A stretch of 64,000 bases of DNA. Origin: Euprymna scolopes (lineage: Eukaryota). The notes beneath the pieces were generated by a model, which saw only the letters and a list, made by a program, of their open reading frames with translations, did no database searches and was not told the DNA's origin. Both the position numbers and the translations under genes were made by a program. Shown here piece after piece: positions 49,981 to 63,721 of this stretch. Positions within the stretch are counted from its first letter, which is position 1; each line of letters starts with the position of its first letter. Location of the stretch: NCBI GenBank assembly GCA_053919585.1, contig CM132783.1; one strand, 5' to 3'.

Positions 49981-52364
49981 CATGGTTGGGTATTTAAATT
50001 ATAGCTACGTTTCTGCACGTTTTATATGTTTATTTTATTTCTTTCCGCTTTTGAACAGCTTGTAAATATTTTGCTTCCAAGCTTTGTGATATTGTTTGAA
50101 ATTATAAAATTTTTATTTTCGTCTTTTTGTTTGAGGGAGGGGATAATGTGTTGCTGAGATATGCATGGATTCATGAATAAATTCTTGGGCCTTTCTTTTT
50201 AATTTCAAGGCATTTCTTTTGTAAGATTAATAGCAATGAATTTACACAATTCATTTGACACTCCAATTTGCGAATGATGCATTAACTCTTAACCTTATAT
50301 AATTGTAGTTATCTTGTCTTTCACGGAAAATGCATTTATTGAAGTTCAATTTAATATTTGCTACATCGAAACAAGTTTTTCCTTTTTGTATTCACAACGC
50401 TTAATTTAACTGACAATGATTAATGATATCAAGAATTAAATTGACAAAAAGCCTTGAATTTTTTATTTTTCACAAATCTCCTTATGTAGCAGTCTGCATA
50501 AGCTTTGCATCATCTGCTTTAATCCCATTGTCAGAAAATTTGAGAAAATTAAAACACATAAAACCATAAACGTTTATAAAGAAGATTTGGGCAAACTGTT
50601 CTCTCATAACTAATTAGGTCTCTAAATAGTTGTCAAAGTTGTTACTTCCACTGTCATCCAGTTGTATCAATAATTTATATCTGGACTAGCTGAAGTGTAT
50701 TATAATTATCATTTCGCACATGCTAATTTACAAGGCAGAATTGGGCTTTCAAATAAAATATGCTGTCAGTATACATGTTTGAGTGCATGAATGTTCACTT
50801 TTGGTTTTCACATCAGTTGCTACAGATGTGAAATTTGGTTTCCAGGTGCATCTCGATAGTCATACAAAGCATTTAGGAAATTGATGGCATAAGTTCAGAT
50901 CTATGTATTATTTGGATTATTCGGATTACTGTTCTCATCTTGTGTAACGTTTTGGCCGTTGGAACCTCTGGCGTTTTTTATGTGTATCTCGTCGAAACAA
51001 GGATATTTTTGTGTTGAACACTGGAATCTGCACGGAATCTCAATCTTTATTTTATTCACGAGGATATCGTTTCGTCAGTCATGCCTGGATAGAAGTCAAA
51101 AGTAACTCACAATTGTATTCTTCTTATAGTCCGTACTTAGGATTGAACATTTCACTTCCACAAGACTGTCACTTACCGTTGAATTTTACCCAATACTTTA
51201 TTCGTCATGCCAAATGTCCTTGCAGAAAATTCTAGTATGAATTTTCAGAGACTTAAATCTATTCTTTTTTTAATGTGCAATCTTACTAGTTATCAATATA
51301 GATCTATATTTATTACTAAAATTTTTAATAGCCCCTAATTATTAAACTAGTTTTCTTTGTGAAAAACATCTTACTCTGTGTGGTCATTGATTTGTGTTGA
51401 TTGCAGAATCAAATTGACACACACTGTCAAAAATACTCCACTTCTTAAAATGTAAATCAAGCAAGAATCTCCCAATAGATTATCTACTTATAAACTAGTA
51501 ACCAATAAGAACTCAGAGAATGGGCTTGTCTTATTTGAGCATAATGGGACATTCAAACCTTAGTATACTCCTGCTGTCTAGTGTCCTTTTGAATTTATTT
51601 GTTTATACATCAACTGGTCAGGCAATTATGCACTGGCTATTTAATTCAATATTGATCATAGTTATTTACCTGTAGTTCGCCTGTAGTATTCTGTTACATG
51701 AAATTAGAAGGACTAAAAATCACAAGATGCTATTAAATAAGCCCCTTTCAATTATGATAATATTCTCTAAGCCCCTTTCAATTAAGAGTCCCACAACTTT
51801 AATATTTGCTTCGTATCACTTTTACTGATGTATCCTCTAAATAAGCAAAAAAAAAATGTTTAAAAAAAAAAAACAATTTAGGAAATCTTTCGTATCAAGT
51901 TCAGGTATAATTTGTCCATGATTTTTTCATCGGGAGAATGTATCTTATTACCTATAGAAATATCAGTGTCTTATCACACATATTGCATGTGTTAGATGTT
52001 TGCAATAAAAAAAAATGTAGACCAATATTTGTTTCAATAGCCTATAACTGATAAACCAAGTGTTACCGGACCTATATACATATGTAGAACATAAACCTAA
52101 AGTGATGGCATTCATTTTTATTTTCTATGTACTCTTTATTGGTAGAAAGATTAGTAGTGATCAGGGTGTAGTCTGAAATGAGCATGCAGTGTACTGTGCC
52201 CAGTGTTATTCAAATAACAAGGATCAACTTTCGAGCATTTAAATTTCATGCAGCAAGGAAGCTTACTCATTTTGTGTAAGTTTTCCAAATGCTCTTTGAG
52301 GTTCTATTACAGATAAGATCAATTTGATGTAGTATTGTGGTCAGATGAAAGCCTCATCATTGTG

Positions 52365-55300
52365 TATTGTTGCAAAGAAAAAAAGAGTACACAAAACTTC
52401 AGCTCACTGCAGCAGTGTCGTCTGTCAGTACTTTCTGTAGACCCGTTTTCACATCTCTCCCATCTGCTCCAGTGGCCTGTTTTTATAAAAGACAGTCCTC
52501 CAAATTTGCATACATGCACGAGAGCACACAAGATTCTGCGAGCCTGCATTGTTATATAAGGCACCATCTTGGACCTTTTTCAGCATCATGACATTGCGTC
52601 AGCAAAGCGCACACCGAGGCCGTTTAAGAGGTAAGCCTGCGTTCCCACAATTTTCGTCACACTCCCCTCTGATATCATTATCACCGAGACAGCAGGGATG
52701 TGGTTCCCTTTTTCTTCGGATTCTTCTTTAGAGAGGAGGATTGGGGGCTTCATCCTCAGTTTCGGGGTCAGTAAACCTAAGGCTGCTAATCTCAGGGTCG
52801 CTATCTGATGATGGTTCACTGATCTTGAATCCAATCTTGTTCTCATCACCAAGTGGCGGCTGCACTTGTGATGTTGATTGAAGATCCTTGATATGACGAG
52901 GCACCCCATCAACCGGAACCGATTGTGGGCTGATCACCTCAGTAACACGCCCGGTTCCATAGCGTGTGGTGCACTTGCCACGGGGGTTCTTAACCCAGAC
53001 GACATCCCCCTCTTTGATACTCTCTCTCGTTGCCTCCAGCTCGGGCAGTGGGCTGGTCTCCACACCTCTCACCCTGACGTGGTACTTGTGCAGTACTTCG
53101 GCTTGCGAGGTAGAGGGTGGAATGTCGTCCTTAGGGGTGACGTTATATGAATAGACCACCTCAGGCACCGTGCACCTTTTCCTAGCTGCGATGGTCTTGG
53201 TCCTGTGGTTTCTCTCAATAATTCCATTCCCGCTAGGCACATTGGCACACTGAAATCATAGATGTATATCCCAACCGTCTTCAAACTGTTTGAACTGCTT
53301 GCTAACAAAAGCGGTGCCATTGTCGGTCAGTATCTCAGAAGGGGAACCACCCTCAAGGAAAACACTTTCCAGCCCACGGACAATGGTGACTGAGTCCTGC
53401 TGGTGAAGGGGCCACCACAATGCAAATCTAGACGGTCCGTAATCAATGAGCATCAAAAAATGTCTGCTGTTGTGGTGAGTTACATCCATTACGAGTCTGT
53501 TCCAATTTCATCTCACACTCAGTTTTCCCTTCTTCTACCGGACGGATGCTGGGTCAATCGATCGGTAGGTTTCACAGCTCCTTACAACAGATTTCACATC
53601 CCTCTTTGACATATAGGGGTCAACCAGCCTGGCGAAGTAAAGGATTCGGTTTACACCGGGGTGCCTGCTTTGGCAATGGGCATCAGCAACACGTCCTGGG
53701 CTAAGCTGACGCCCCACCGTGGCACAATTCATAGGTGCCGGTTCATCCACTTCTTTTGGCAGGACCAACCAACAGTGTGGCACTCTGGTCAGGCGATCCA
53801 TGCGATTCTGACAGGACTGCACTAGTGTCACATCTACGGCTAGGTTGAATTCCTTGATGATCTCGATCAGGGTTGCAAGTCGTCTCTGTATTAATATTTC
53901 GGCCGATGCCTTCATTGTCAACCATGCTTTCCCACTCAAGGCATCGTTTATCCACCGATTCACGCATGTGGAGTCTGTGATGATGTGTAGCACCCTGGCC
54001 TGCTACTGAAGCAACAGATTTACTCCTTTGAGTGTAGCATCAAGCTCAGCAAGGTTTATGTGCCCGGCATCATTTTCTGGCCGAAGCCAGCAGGCATCTT
54101 TTATGATAAATCCGTCAACTGCCAGACCAATGCCAAGGGCGAGTGAGCTGGCGTCCACCCAAACTGTAAACTCCCTCCCATCGACGCATCAGCTCCCTAG
54201 CATGGTGTCATCCTTGATCACTCTGGCCACAGCTTCCACTAGCATGCTTTGTAGGGCGGGATTACGCACCTCATCATCCCATCCCATTGACATGGAAGTT
54301 GCATGTCGCTTTATGGCTGCCACCATCAGCTGGAGCCACCCACACATGGGGAAGTGGCCCACAAGTTTTCCGCAGACAGAAAAAATACTCTGGGTACAGA
54401 ACCAGCCAGCCATTAACAATCCAAACCTGGAGTTCTGCCTCATACTGCCCCCTGAATCATGTGGGAAAGGGATACTCCGTCAGCCGATTCAGCAAGGACA
54501 CTGGTGGCTGGTCGCCTGACCACTTCCAGGATATGGTCCATGCGTTTGTGCCCTTATCGTATTCCGCATGGAAGTCGGGTTCATCAAGAGTAATTGCCAT
54601 GCAGACCTGTTCCTCATGTTGGGAAAACCTCACCACATCACTGGCACCATCCACAGCGATTCCACCCAACTCTGTAATAGTGTCCATTCCAAGGAGAAGG
54701 TCATATCCAAGAAGCTCCCTGTCGACCACCAACACCTTCACCATCACCGGGGGGGGGGGGGCATCGCCAACGCTTATATGAACAATGCTCACCCCACAAC
54801 ACACCAGCGAGCTTCCGCCAATGGTTAATACTGGGACCTTCTGTTTCGTCCATGCAGTGCAACATTTCTTGTATATGAGGGTTTGGGTACATCCGGTGTC
54901 AGCCACCACTGAGTGCCTACACTCATTAACTCGCACTATCACTACAGGAAGTGCCTTGTTCAGTGTTGCTTTGGGGAAGGTGCTGGCGCCATGGCTTCCT
55001 GCCCTTGCCCGTTTCCCGAACAATTCCGTGCTACGTGGCCTAGTTTGTCGCATCAGTGACAGCATCCTCATTTCTGTGCTCCATAGTCCGGGGTGCGCTT
55101 CACACCATTTCTGCAGTCTCTGGCAAAGTGGTTGGGGCCGCCACATTTATAGCACCGTGGGCTCTCTGTAGACGATTCCAGTGCATCAACCACTGCCGAG
55201 ACCGGCTCCATATCGTCCTTGAGGATGTTTCGGGCTCTAGCCAACAACTTCTCCAACCCAAGCCATTGAGCTTCAACAACAGCCAACTGGCATCATCCGG

Positions 55301-56001
55301 GAGCCTAGACAAAAATGCGCATGCCAATATTCGGTGGCTTGCACTGCCAAAGGGAGCAGCAAGCTTCTTCAAGTCGGTCAGACCACTTCCAGGACACGGC
55401 TCCCTGACCCAAGCCGACGTTCAGAGAATTGCCTCCAGGAAACAAAAGGGTCTGCACTGAATGCTCTGTACAGCGCTTGTTTTATCTGCACCATTATCGC
55501 CTCATCCCCGAGCTGCTGGTACACAGTATATCCCCCTTAGTGAGCCTAAATGGGAGGACCATAGCTGGATCCTTAATTTTGATCAACTGGCAAAGGCATT
55601 CAGCCTTCTCCAACCATTCAACCACCGAAGGACCAGCTGGGGACACGTCAAACTCTGGTATCCGCTTCAGGTCGAATCTATCTATGGTAAAAATGTATGC
55701 CAAGCTTGTTGTTGCAAAGAAAAAAAAGAGTACACAAAACCTCAGCTCGCTGCATCAGCATCGTCCGTCAGTACTTTCCCCCACATATCTCCCCCATCTG
55801 CTCCAGTGGTCTGGTTTTATAAAAAATAGAATCCTCCAAATTTGCATACATGCGGGAGAGCGCACGAGATTCTGCGATACTGCATTGTTATAAAAGGTCG
55901 CAGGCACCATCTTGGACCTTTTTCAGCATCATGACGTGTCGGCAATGCACACACCGAGGCTGTTCAAGAGGTAAGCATGCGTTACCACAATTTTCACTAC
56001 A
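52365..56001 (-). mobile_element. Compact Gypsy-order element F with both LTRs but RT core deleted
   Basis: LTRs 52365-52661 and 55707-56001; TSD TTGTG (52360-52364, 56002-56006); PPT ATCAGAGGGGAG; gag knuckles, ADTGC, RNase H, TDNG..GNGIIER. Confidence 0.93.
54974..55017 (-). promoter_or_regulatory. Putative -1 frameshift signal, element F
   Basis: GGGAAAC gggcaa GGGcAGG...CCTTCCC; the -1 frame is open into the protease (ORF 54457-55146). Confidence 0.72.
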
Positions 56002-56464
56002 TTGTGGAAGTTACTATCGACATCGAAGCATCAAAGGATCTCATTAGTTTAATATTTTTCCTTAAGATGTTGCATCTACATTATTCTTAAGTAGCAAAAT
56101 TATGTGGCTATTAATAAGTGGAGTATCTATCAATGAAATACATAAACCATGGAAAATATAACTTACATGATTAAAGTTATGAGTATAGAACATTTTACTT
56201 TTGTGATAAGATTGGAAAATGATTGAGATTTGTCCAATTTTGTCAACATATTGAATTTGTAGTGATTTTCTTGAGATTTTCTTAGTGTTTTGAATTGTAA
56301 TGATAAGTAGTTATATGCGTAGTAATAAACCAACACCTTTTATTTTTTATACAAATATAAATATAAAATGTAGAAAAAAAGGGCTACTTTATTCTGTTTA
56401 AGGCAACAATTGTTACATTAATTTCTGACATTTCATTAAAAAATAGGTACAAAATAAGTACAAT

Positions 56465-59400
56465 TTACAATAAATAAATGGTCAGTTGGTCGAATGCTGG
56501 GGCAAAGCTCTTGCATAACCACCACAGAACAAGTTCGTGAACGGACCTAAGAACATTTCTTATCAGGAACTGATCAAAGATAACTTTGTCATCATCAAGA
56601 TCTGGCTGTGGTGAGTTGGTGTAGTGAAGGCCTTCGCAATTACCACACAAGTTTGGACAGTGAATGCCATGTTTCCTGCAACTGCATCTTGCTGTAGTAC
56701 ATGCTGAAGTACAGTTACACCTAATTATAGCCAACAATTTTGCAGGACCAGGTGGTAAGTCCATCTTGATTGTTTGTAATTTACCATCCAAAAGTTTCCA
56801 CCCACACTCGTCAGGTTTTAGCTGGTTTCTACCTTTCCATTTCTGAATTTGGAAGTAAACTCGAAGGCTGTACAATTTCATAGATGCTCGCTAGCTTGTT
56901 TCATAGCTTGTTGCTGGCAATGATTTGGCCTTAACACACTTTGAGCTTTTTGCAACCTTATCTCTATTGGCATGATAACATAGACTGAATGACCAAAAAG
57001 TCAGTGCCACCTGCTATCAAAATGGTTTCTCCCGTCTGTGTCAGTTCTAGAGAAGTCTTCACAATCAATACGTCAGCGTCTCCAGATGCGTGGACCACTT
57101 TACAACCTGCTTCTTCCAAACTCTTTCCCAGCGAGTTGATGGGCAATTGTTTGTTTTCTTGATTAGCAAGGAAAACATCATTTTTTTAAATTTGAACAAC
57201 CATTAAAGGGGTCAGTGACACATTAACACCAACAGAGCCCCTTGCTCAGGATTGGTGAGTCGTGTTTTTAATGGATGGACGAATTTCATACCCATCAAAG
57301 AGAATGCATGCTTTTCCATATCTAGTTGTGATTTATCTGCGGTATTGGGCACAGATCTCATCAAATATGTAACCATTTTGTCATGGGAGGCGTTGAAGTA
57401 GTGGTTCACCATATAAGAGATACTGTGGACGTCCAAAATAATCAAAAAATGCAGGTGGGCAACCACAAAGCTCATACTGAAAATGATCTTGCTGCTGCTG
57501 AGTTGAGGATTCATTGATAGTTTCTAGAATAGGAGTTGTGGATCAGTCTTTACTGCTTCATCTTTGCCAAGTGAAACTTTAGATCCAAGTGTAATTGGCA
57601 TATACTTTTTTTTAAAGTGTACTTATGGACATTTTCACCAACCATTGAAGCTATGATTGACTCTTCTATGGAGTTTATTCTGTCCACATTCACCTTTTTG
57701 TCTCCAGTTATTCCACTTGAAATGGTGTGAATGGACGGGAATTCTGTGAAAGGGTACTATGTCTGGAGAAATGCAAGGAACTTCCATGTATTCCTCACAC
57801 CGCACCCGTTTCTTGCTGAAGAAGCCTCCTGGTGCTGGTCATTAGTGCCATAACGAATACCTGCCAGTTCTTGCATTATAAACTTGATATCAGCACCCAC
57901 TGGCAGTGATAGCATCCAAACCAATCATTGAATTTCATCCATTCCTCTGCCAGATGTCTTCATGCTTTTTACTAGCACCTGCTTAATAACCAGATCCATC
58001 GATAAACCAGCGATCACTCCGTCTAATCACATGGAATCCTTCAGAAAATTTCTGGTACACTTCAGGATGGTTTTTCAGCAGCCCCTCCATTTGCTGCAAG
58101 TACAAGTAAGCCGACTTTGCATATAGGATGCGTCCTGCGAATATTGGCAGCATTTTTCTTTCAGCATCATTCAGTTTTGATAAACAATTGCAGAATCTTC
58201 ACCATATCAAGGTATTGAATCCATTTGCTTGTCAACAATCGCATCCTTCATATGGTTGATTCTGGGCAATCATGGTCACAGACTCTGATGACAGAACATT
58301 ACCAAATGTCTCAGGAGACCTTGCAATAGCCCCGAGCTTCCTTCAGGTCTTCAATATTGAGGAAATGATTCTTTTGCATCAGTGTTGGGTTAATCATTCT
58401 CAGTGACATGTGAAACTGGCAATTCATATGCTTTCGCTAAAACCATAGCATTCAGAGCAGCATCAACTAAGAATTGAGCACAAATAGCTCTTGCAATTGC
58501 TTTTTTACCTAGCATGTGCTTGACTGTGTTTTCAGCAAACACAAATTCAAAAAGTTCTTGCAATCCAGAACCTGTCATCAAATGACCAATTGACCCTAGC
58601 AAACTCATCTGTGTATGGAGCTCATCAAGTCGCAACACAAATGATTTCAGGGGACTGGAACTAGGCTGTGACTCGATTATCATCATTGCTTTGTACCAAA
58701 GAGGCTGATCGAATGTTAGACTAGTTTTGTTTTTCTGGCTAAATCACTAATCTAACATAACGTTGAGTACACGCAGGTTAGGTTACCAAGGTCCATGTCT
58801 ATCATTGGCCAAAAAACTGGCTGATTTCCCAGGATATGTTCTTTTTGTGCACTAAATACATAAGGCTTAAGCATGCGGGTCTGGATGGATGTAAAATTAG
58901 TGAAACCTTCCAAAGGATATCAACATAAGCAGTGGAATCAACAACTTTCTTGGTCTGGAGCTCTTTAAATGTAGCTGGTGGTTTGTTGGTGTGCTGTGAA
59001 TCTAGGTATTTTCCAACCCTTATTATATTTTCTGAAAGGACCTGAATCTTTGAAACTGGTTTTGCTTTAACTTTCCTGTGCATAAAAGATGCTATGATGC
59101 CCATACAGTGGAATATGTGGAATCCATCAATACTCCTTACATTGTGGTCCACATTATCGGCTACGAACTACCCAAATTAAGTTTCAACTGGGGAAAAGTT
59201 TCAGCGCCATGACAGGAGCAGCACTTCTTTTAAATTTCTGGACTTCCGAGTAAGATGAAGAGAAGCCATGCTTAATCAAAGTGTCAATTAAGAACCTCGA
59301 TCCAAATTGGTCATGCATTTTCACTGCTAAATCAAACTGCAAAGGTGCAAGGAGAACTCTGGGTATAACAGACTACATTATCGTTTGACCTATTGTCAAG

Positions 59401-60415
59401 TTTCAAACCATTGTCTATGTCTACAAAAATTTTCCTGAGAAAGATCAACACTGTTTTGGGAACATATTCAAGAATCGCATCCTGTTCAAGATCATTCTTA
59501 GACGGGTACTATTCTGAACTTGTCTGGATACTTGTAATGTCATTCTTGAAAAGCTTGGCTGCCATGTCTATGATTCTGATTCTGACGTGATGATTCTATG
59601 GCTAGAATTCATGGAGAATACATTTTGCTGTACTTAAGTGTGTAACAACATTATGTTTGCTATTAATTTCAGTCACAATGATTTTGTCTTTGAAATGTTC
59701 TAGGACTCGACATTTCATGTATGAGAGACTGTATGGTTCAAAACCAGTGTCCTCGATAATAACCCTATATTTTTAACAAGATTGACAACCGTGAGTTGCT
59801 CCTTGTTATTTTGCTGCAAATAATTAGCAACTTCCAGAAATGCCTGCTTTCTCTCTGAATCCTCTGGTCTTCTAAGATTTTATTTATTAGAACAGCCAGC
59901 AGAAGAGAATGCTTTAAGAATGTTTTTATTGGGATCAAAGTTTGCAACACATGTTCTGTAATAACGTGCTTCTTGTGAAACAAGGTCATCTACATAACCT
60001 ATTCTACCTTTAACAGTGGATGCCTAGCCATCATTTTTTGGACTTTCTCACTACCTTTTGACACTCTGTCATTCAATAGTTTCTACATTCACACTTCTTT
60101 TCTATCAGATTTTACTTCAGAACCACAAAAAAGACAATTTTATTAAAGTTAAACACACAAAAAGCGGATTACACGAGATGGCATTTCATCATGGGTGGAC
60201 CTATTTCCTGTTTTATGGTCAATTTCTGTGTATTTGGGGTTGATCCAACACTGTCAGGATTTCATTTGAAGACGTTGACCAATCCGAATTAGGATCATCT
60301 GTTCACGTTGTTCAGAAGCTCTGTTAATGAAATCAATTCTTTTCTGGCTGAGGATTAATGTTTCTACATTATTGGACAGTTCAATGTTGCAAATAGCACA
60401 CTTGTTTGCTTCCAT
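56465..60415 (-). mobile_element. Academ-type (transposase + XPG-like nuclease + Cys-rich finger) DNA transposon pseudogene
   Basis: Collinear remnants DHN..IDG..FH.MGII, TFDQPLWYKA, LRL..LH..MSLLGSIG..M.GSGL, YAKSAYLYLQQM, DPQLLF, GDADVLI, SLRVYFQ..W, CNC...C...CSCRK...C...C..C; family assignment from recalled domain architecture. Confidence 0.65.
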
Positions 60416-60825
60416 AATTATCGGTACTTCATTTTGGCCAACCAGAAATTAAAATATCACAGAATATTAAGCTTCTGCAGTAGTACATCAAAAGAGACAA
60501 AAATTAGGCAAAATAAATTATAATTATATTTAACTTTATGAAAACTGTTCGTTTTATCCAATTTCACACTCCTACATTTATTATTTTTGAAAATGAATTT
60601 ACAGTAATTGAGTTCAGAGAGGGGAGGCTAGAACTGCCGGCAATCTTTAAAGATGACGGCCGTTGACCCCTTTCAGGAAGGTTAGTTGTACGAAACTTTT
60701 TTATCTGAAAGAGAAATTATTCATGCCCAATATCCAAGTTAAAAACCTTTGTTAGCATTTTGTTTGAGGTTCAGTCAAAACATCAGCTAGATTGACTGAA
60801 CTTGCAATCATCATGACAAAAAATA

Positions 60826-62085
60826 CTAGGTTGATAAGAAGGTTCTTGTGGAAATTTTGAATTTTGATTTCAAATGATGTATTTTCAAATAAGTTTTCGT
60901 TATAATACCTTTACTTTATATATCATTTTAAAGAGCATTTTTCGCTTTATCTAATCGTTTGAATTACAATCGTTTTGAGACAATTATGTTTTCTTTTCCG
61001 AAAATTGAATACAAAATGGAACAAAAAGCAAATTCACACACTTTTCTTATTTCAGTTCAAGCTGGGCAGAAAAGCTGCTGAAACAGCTCGCAACATCAAC
61101 AAAGCGTTTGGTCCAGAAACCGCTATTGAACGCACAGTACAATAATGGTTTAAGAAATTTTGTGGCGTTATGAGTCTTGATGATGAGCATAGTGGTTGGT
61201 CATCGGATGTTAACAACGATCAATTAAGAGTCTTAGTTAAAGCCAATCCACGTACAACTGTTCGAGAACATTCTTCTGAATCAGGCATAATGTATATTGT
61301 GACTTCCAACAATTTGAAAGAGATTGGAAATACAAAAAAAAAAAACGATAAATGGGTGTCTCACGAATTGAAACCAAAAGAACCTCTGTTATAGAGTATC
61401 ATCTTCTCTTCTTTTATTCAACAAGAACGACCCATTCCTCGACCAAGTTGTGACTTTTGATGAAAGGTGGGTTAATTACAACAACAGGCAATGTTCAGCT
61501 CAATGATAAGACGCCAACGAAGCTCCACAACACTTCTCCAAGCCAGAGTTGCACCAAAATGAAGTCATGCTGACTGTTTGGTGGTCTGTAACCGGTCTCA
61601 TCTATTAAAGTTTTTTTAATGTAGGCGAAACCATTTTGACGTTCAACAAATGGATGAAATAAATCAGAAACTTCAATAATAACATTCAGCATTAGTCAAT
61701 AGAAAAGGTTCGATTCTCCTCCGTAACAATACTCGACTGAACGTTGCTAAACCGAAAAAGTAGAAGTTGAATGAATTGGGCTACAAAACTCTGCCTCATC
61801 CGCCATACTCTCCAGACCTCTCATCTATCAACTACCACTTTTTCAAGCATCTCCGCAAATTTCTACATGAGAAATGCTTCAAAAACCTAAGCGATATCAA
61901 AAATCGCTTCATTGCTATCAGAACGCAAGATGTTTACGTTATTGGCACAAATACACTTGTTATGCGTTGGCAAAGTGTGTTGATTCTGATGGTACTTCTT
62001 TCAATCAATAAATTTTTGTTTGAGCCGTGATATATTCATCAGAATTTAAAAGTTAAAAACTGAAAGAACTTTCTTGTCAATCTTA
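60826..62085 (+). mobile_element. Full-length mariner element, decayed transposase (~61016-61980)
   Basis: TA-flanked imperfect TIRs CTAGGTTGATAAGAAGGTTCTT / AAGAACTTTCTTGTCAATCTTA; WVSHEL, VVTFDERW, HPPYSPDL; ~1.26 kb. Confidence 0.9.
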
Positions 62086-62638
62086 TATGATACACAGAAT
62101 CTCAGTTCCAATCTCATAAGAATTGGTTTTCTGAGATACATATTTATTGTCCTGTAGGTACACACACAGCTATCTTCCAATTTAGTAAACGCGAACGATG
62201 TATTAAAGGTAGTGAATTTATTGTTTTCACCTTACCAATATAAAAAAATGAAGATTGTTGTCACTTGATGTACACATGTGATGAGACTAATTTTGATATC
62301 ATGTAAATTATTCATTGGTTGTTATATTAAGTTGTGGCATTTGTTTACAATTTGTTTCAGATGATCTGAATCCAATCAATTACTGACATGAATTGCATTA
62401 GACATTTCTCTAACACTTTCATGTAAATTTTCATCAACAATTGCTTTCAAACGTTCATTATTAAGTGTGTATGGTCGTCGTCTGACTTAATTTTTCAGAC
62501 TCTCATTACCAGTATAGAATTTCTGAAAGTATTTTCGTATTCTTCTCATGTTCTGTTAATATGGACAGCTTATTCGAAACCATCATGACCGATAATTTGT
62601 ATTCTTTTGACTAATGCTCTCATCTTGAATGTTATTCT

Positions 62639-62677
62639 CACAACGTTTCAGCTGATGTAAGCTTTTTTCTTCAGGTG
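62639..62677 (-). ncRNA. Minimal hammerhead, stem II eroded
   Basis: CAC-CTGAAGA-aaaaAGCT(tacatc)AGCT-GAAAC-GTT-GTG. Confidence 0.6.
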
Positions 62678-63160
62678 CATCTTGTCAAACACAGGATTCT
62701 GTACAGAATTTCGAATGGAGCTCTTTATTTAATACACGTGGGGAGGGTAGACTGAATAGAAATCTCAAGTAATTTTTTAATTTTTATTTTTAATATCGAC
62801 TGCACTTAAGATTTAGATATTTAGGGTTAGAATTTATTATTACTTAGCACTTTATCTATTCCTCTACGGGTCCATGTGGACAGTTGTATTATGAATTATG
62901 GAAGCCTTAAACTAATCTTGCTTTTGGTGTGTACTGCTGAACTCAGGAATTTTTATATAAATCTCGTAAATCTGTACAGAATTCTAAACAGAACCCTTTA
63001 TTTAATCTACAAGGTTAGGTTGTTCTAGTTCCATCAGCCATGACCAAGTAGAAATCTTAAGTAATTCGTGATTATATTTTCAGTATCACTGAGAATTAAA
63101 CCTGCAACCTCCATAAGTGATTATTACGGATTAGATAAAGGCTCTTAAGTTTGATAAGAT

Positions 63161-63202
63161 GCACCTGAGAAAGGTCGAAGCTTTCATCATCTAAAACGTT
63201 GC
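63161..63202 (+). ncRNA. Degenerate hammerhead, inverted copy of 62639-62677
   Basis: GCAC-CTGAGA..AAAACGTT-GC within a ~70-bp inverted repeat. Confidence 0.45.
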
Positions 63203-63299
63203 AAGAATAACATTCAAGAAAAAAAAGTGTAGTTCAAATAATTCAAATAATACAGATTATAACGAAGAAAGGATATGCATTTCATTTTTATCTTCATTA

Positions 63300-63721
63300 C
63301 TAGCCTGGGTGCCCGGCGTTGCCGAGTGTTTGGAGGTATGTGTTAAAAAAATGTGGTAGTAGGCAGGCAGGCTCGAACCCATACTGCAAAGGAGGAAAAG
63401 AACGTGAAAAAAAGTGGCCTCTTGGCTGTTGTGTCCATCGGCAAACTGGAAGTGGCGAAGGTTTAAGGCTTAAATTAAAGCTAGTCAATTGAAAAGAGGG
63501 AATGACTTTCGAAAATATCGGCGAAAAAAGCGACCCCTGTAGAAAAGTGCCGACCCATTTGATTAATATTTGTGCCAATTTTTCGATATTTATTGTCCGA
63601 AGGGTCGAGCTTAAAACAATACCGATCTCATGAAAATCCGTCGTCTCTGTCAAAAGTTTTAGGCATACATACATACATACATACATACATTTAAACAGAC
63701 AGGTTAGATTTATATTATAGA
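63300..63721 (-). mobile_element. Non-autonomous Helitron
   Basis: A|TCTATAATATAAA 5' end, CGGCAACGCCGGG motif, CTAG|T 3' end; collinear with 26869-27280. Confidence 0.8.

Noticed and set aside
50943-51240. Possible solo LTR starting TGTAACG
   Set aside because: No second copy, defined CA end or TSD found
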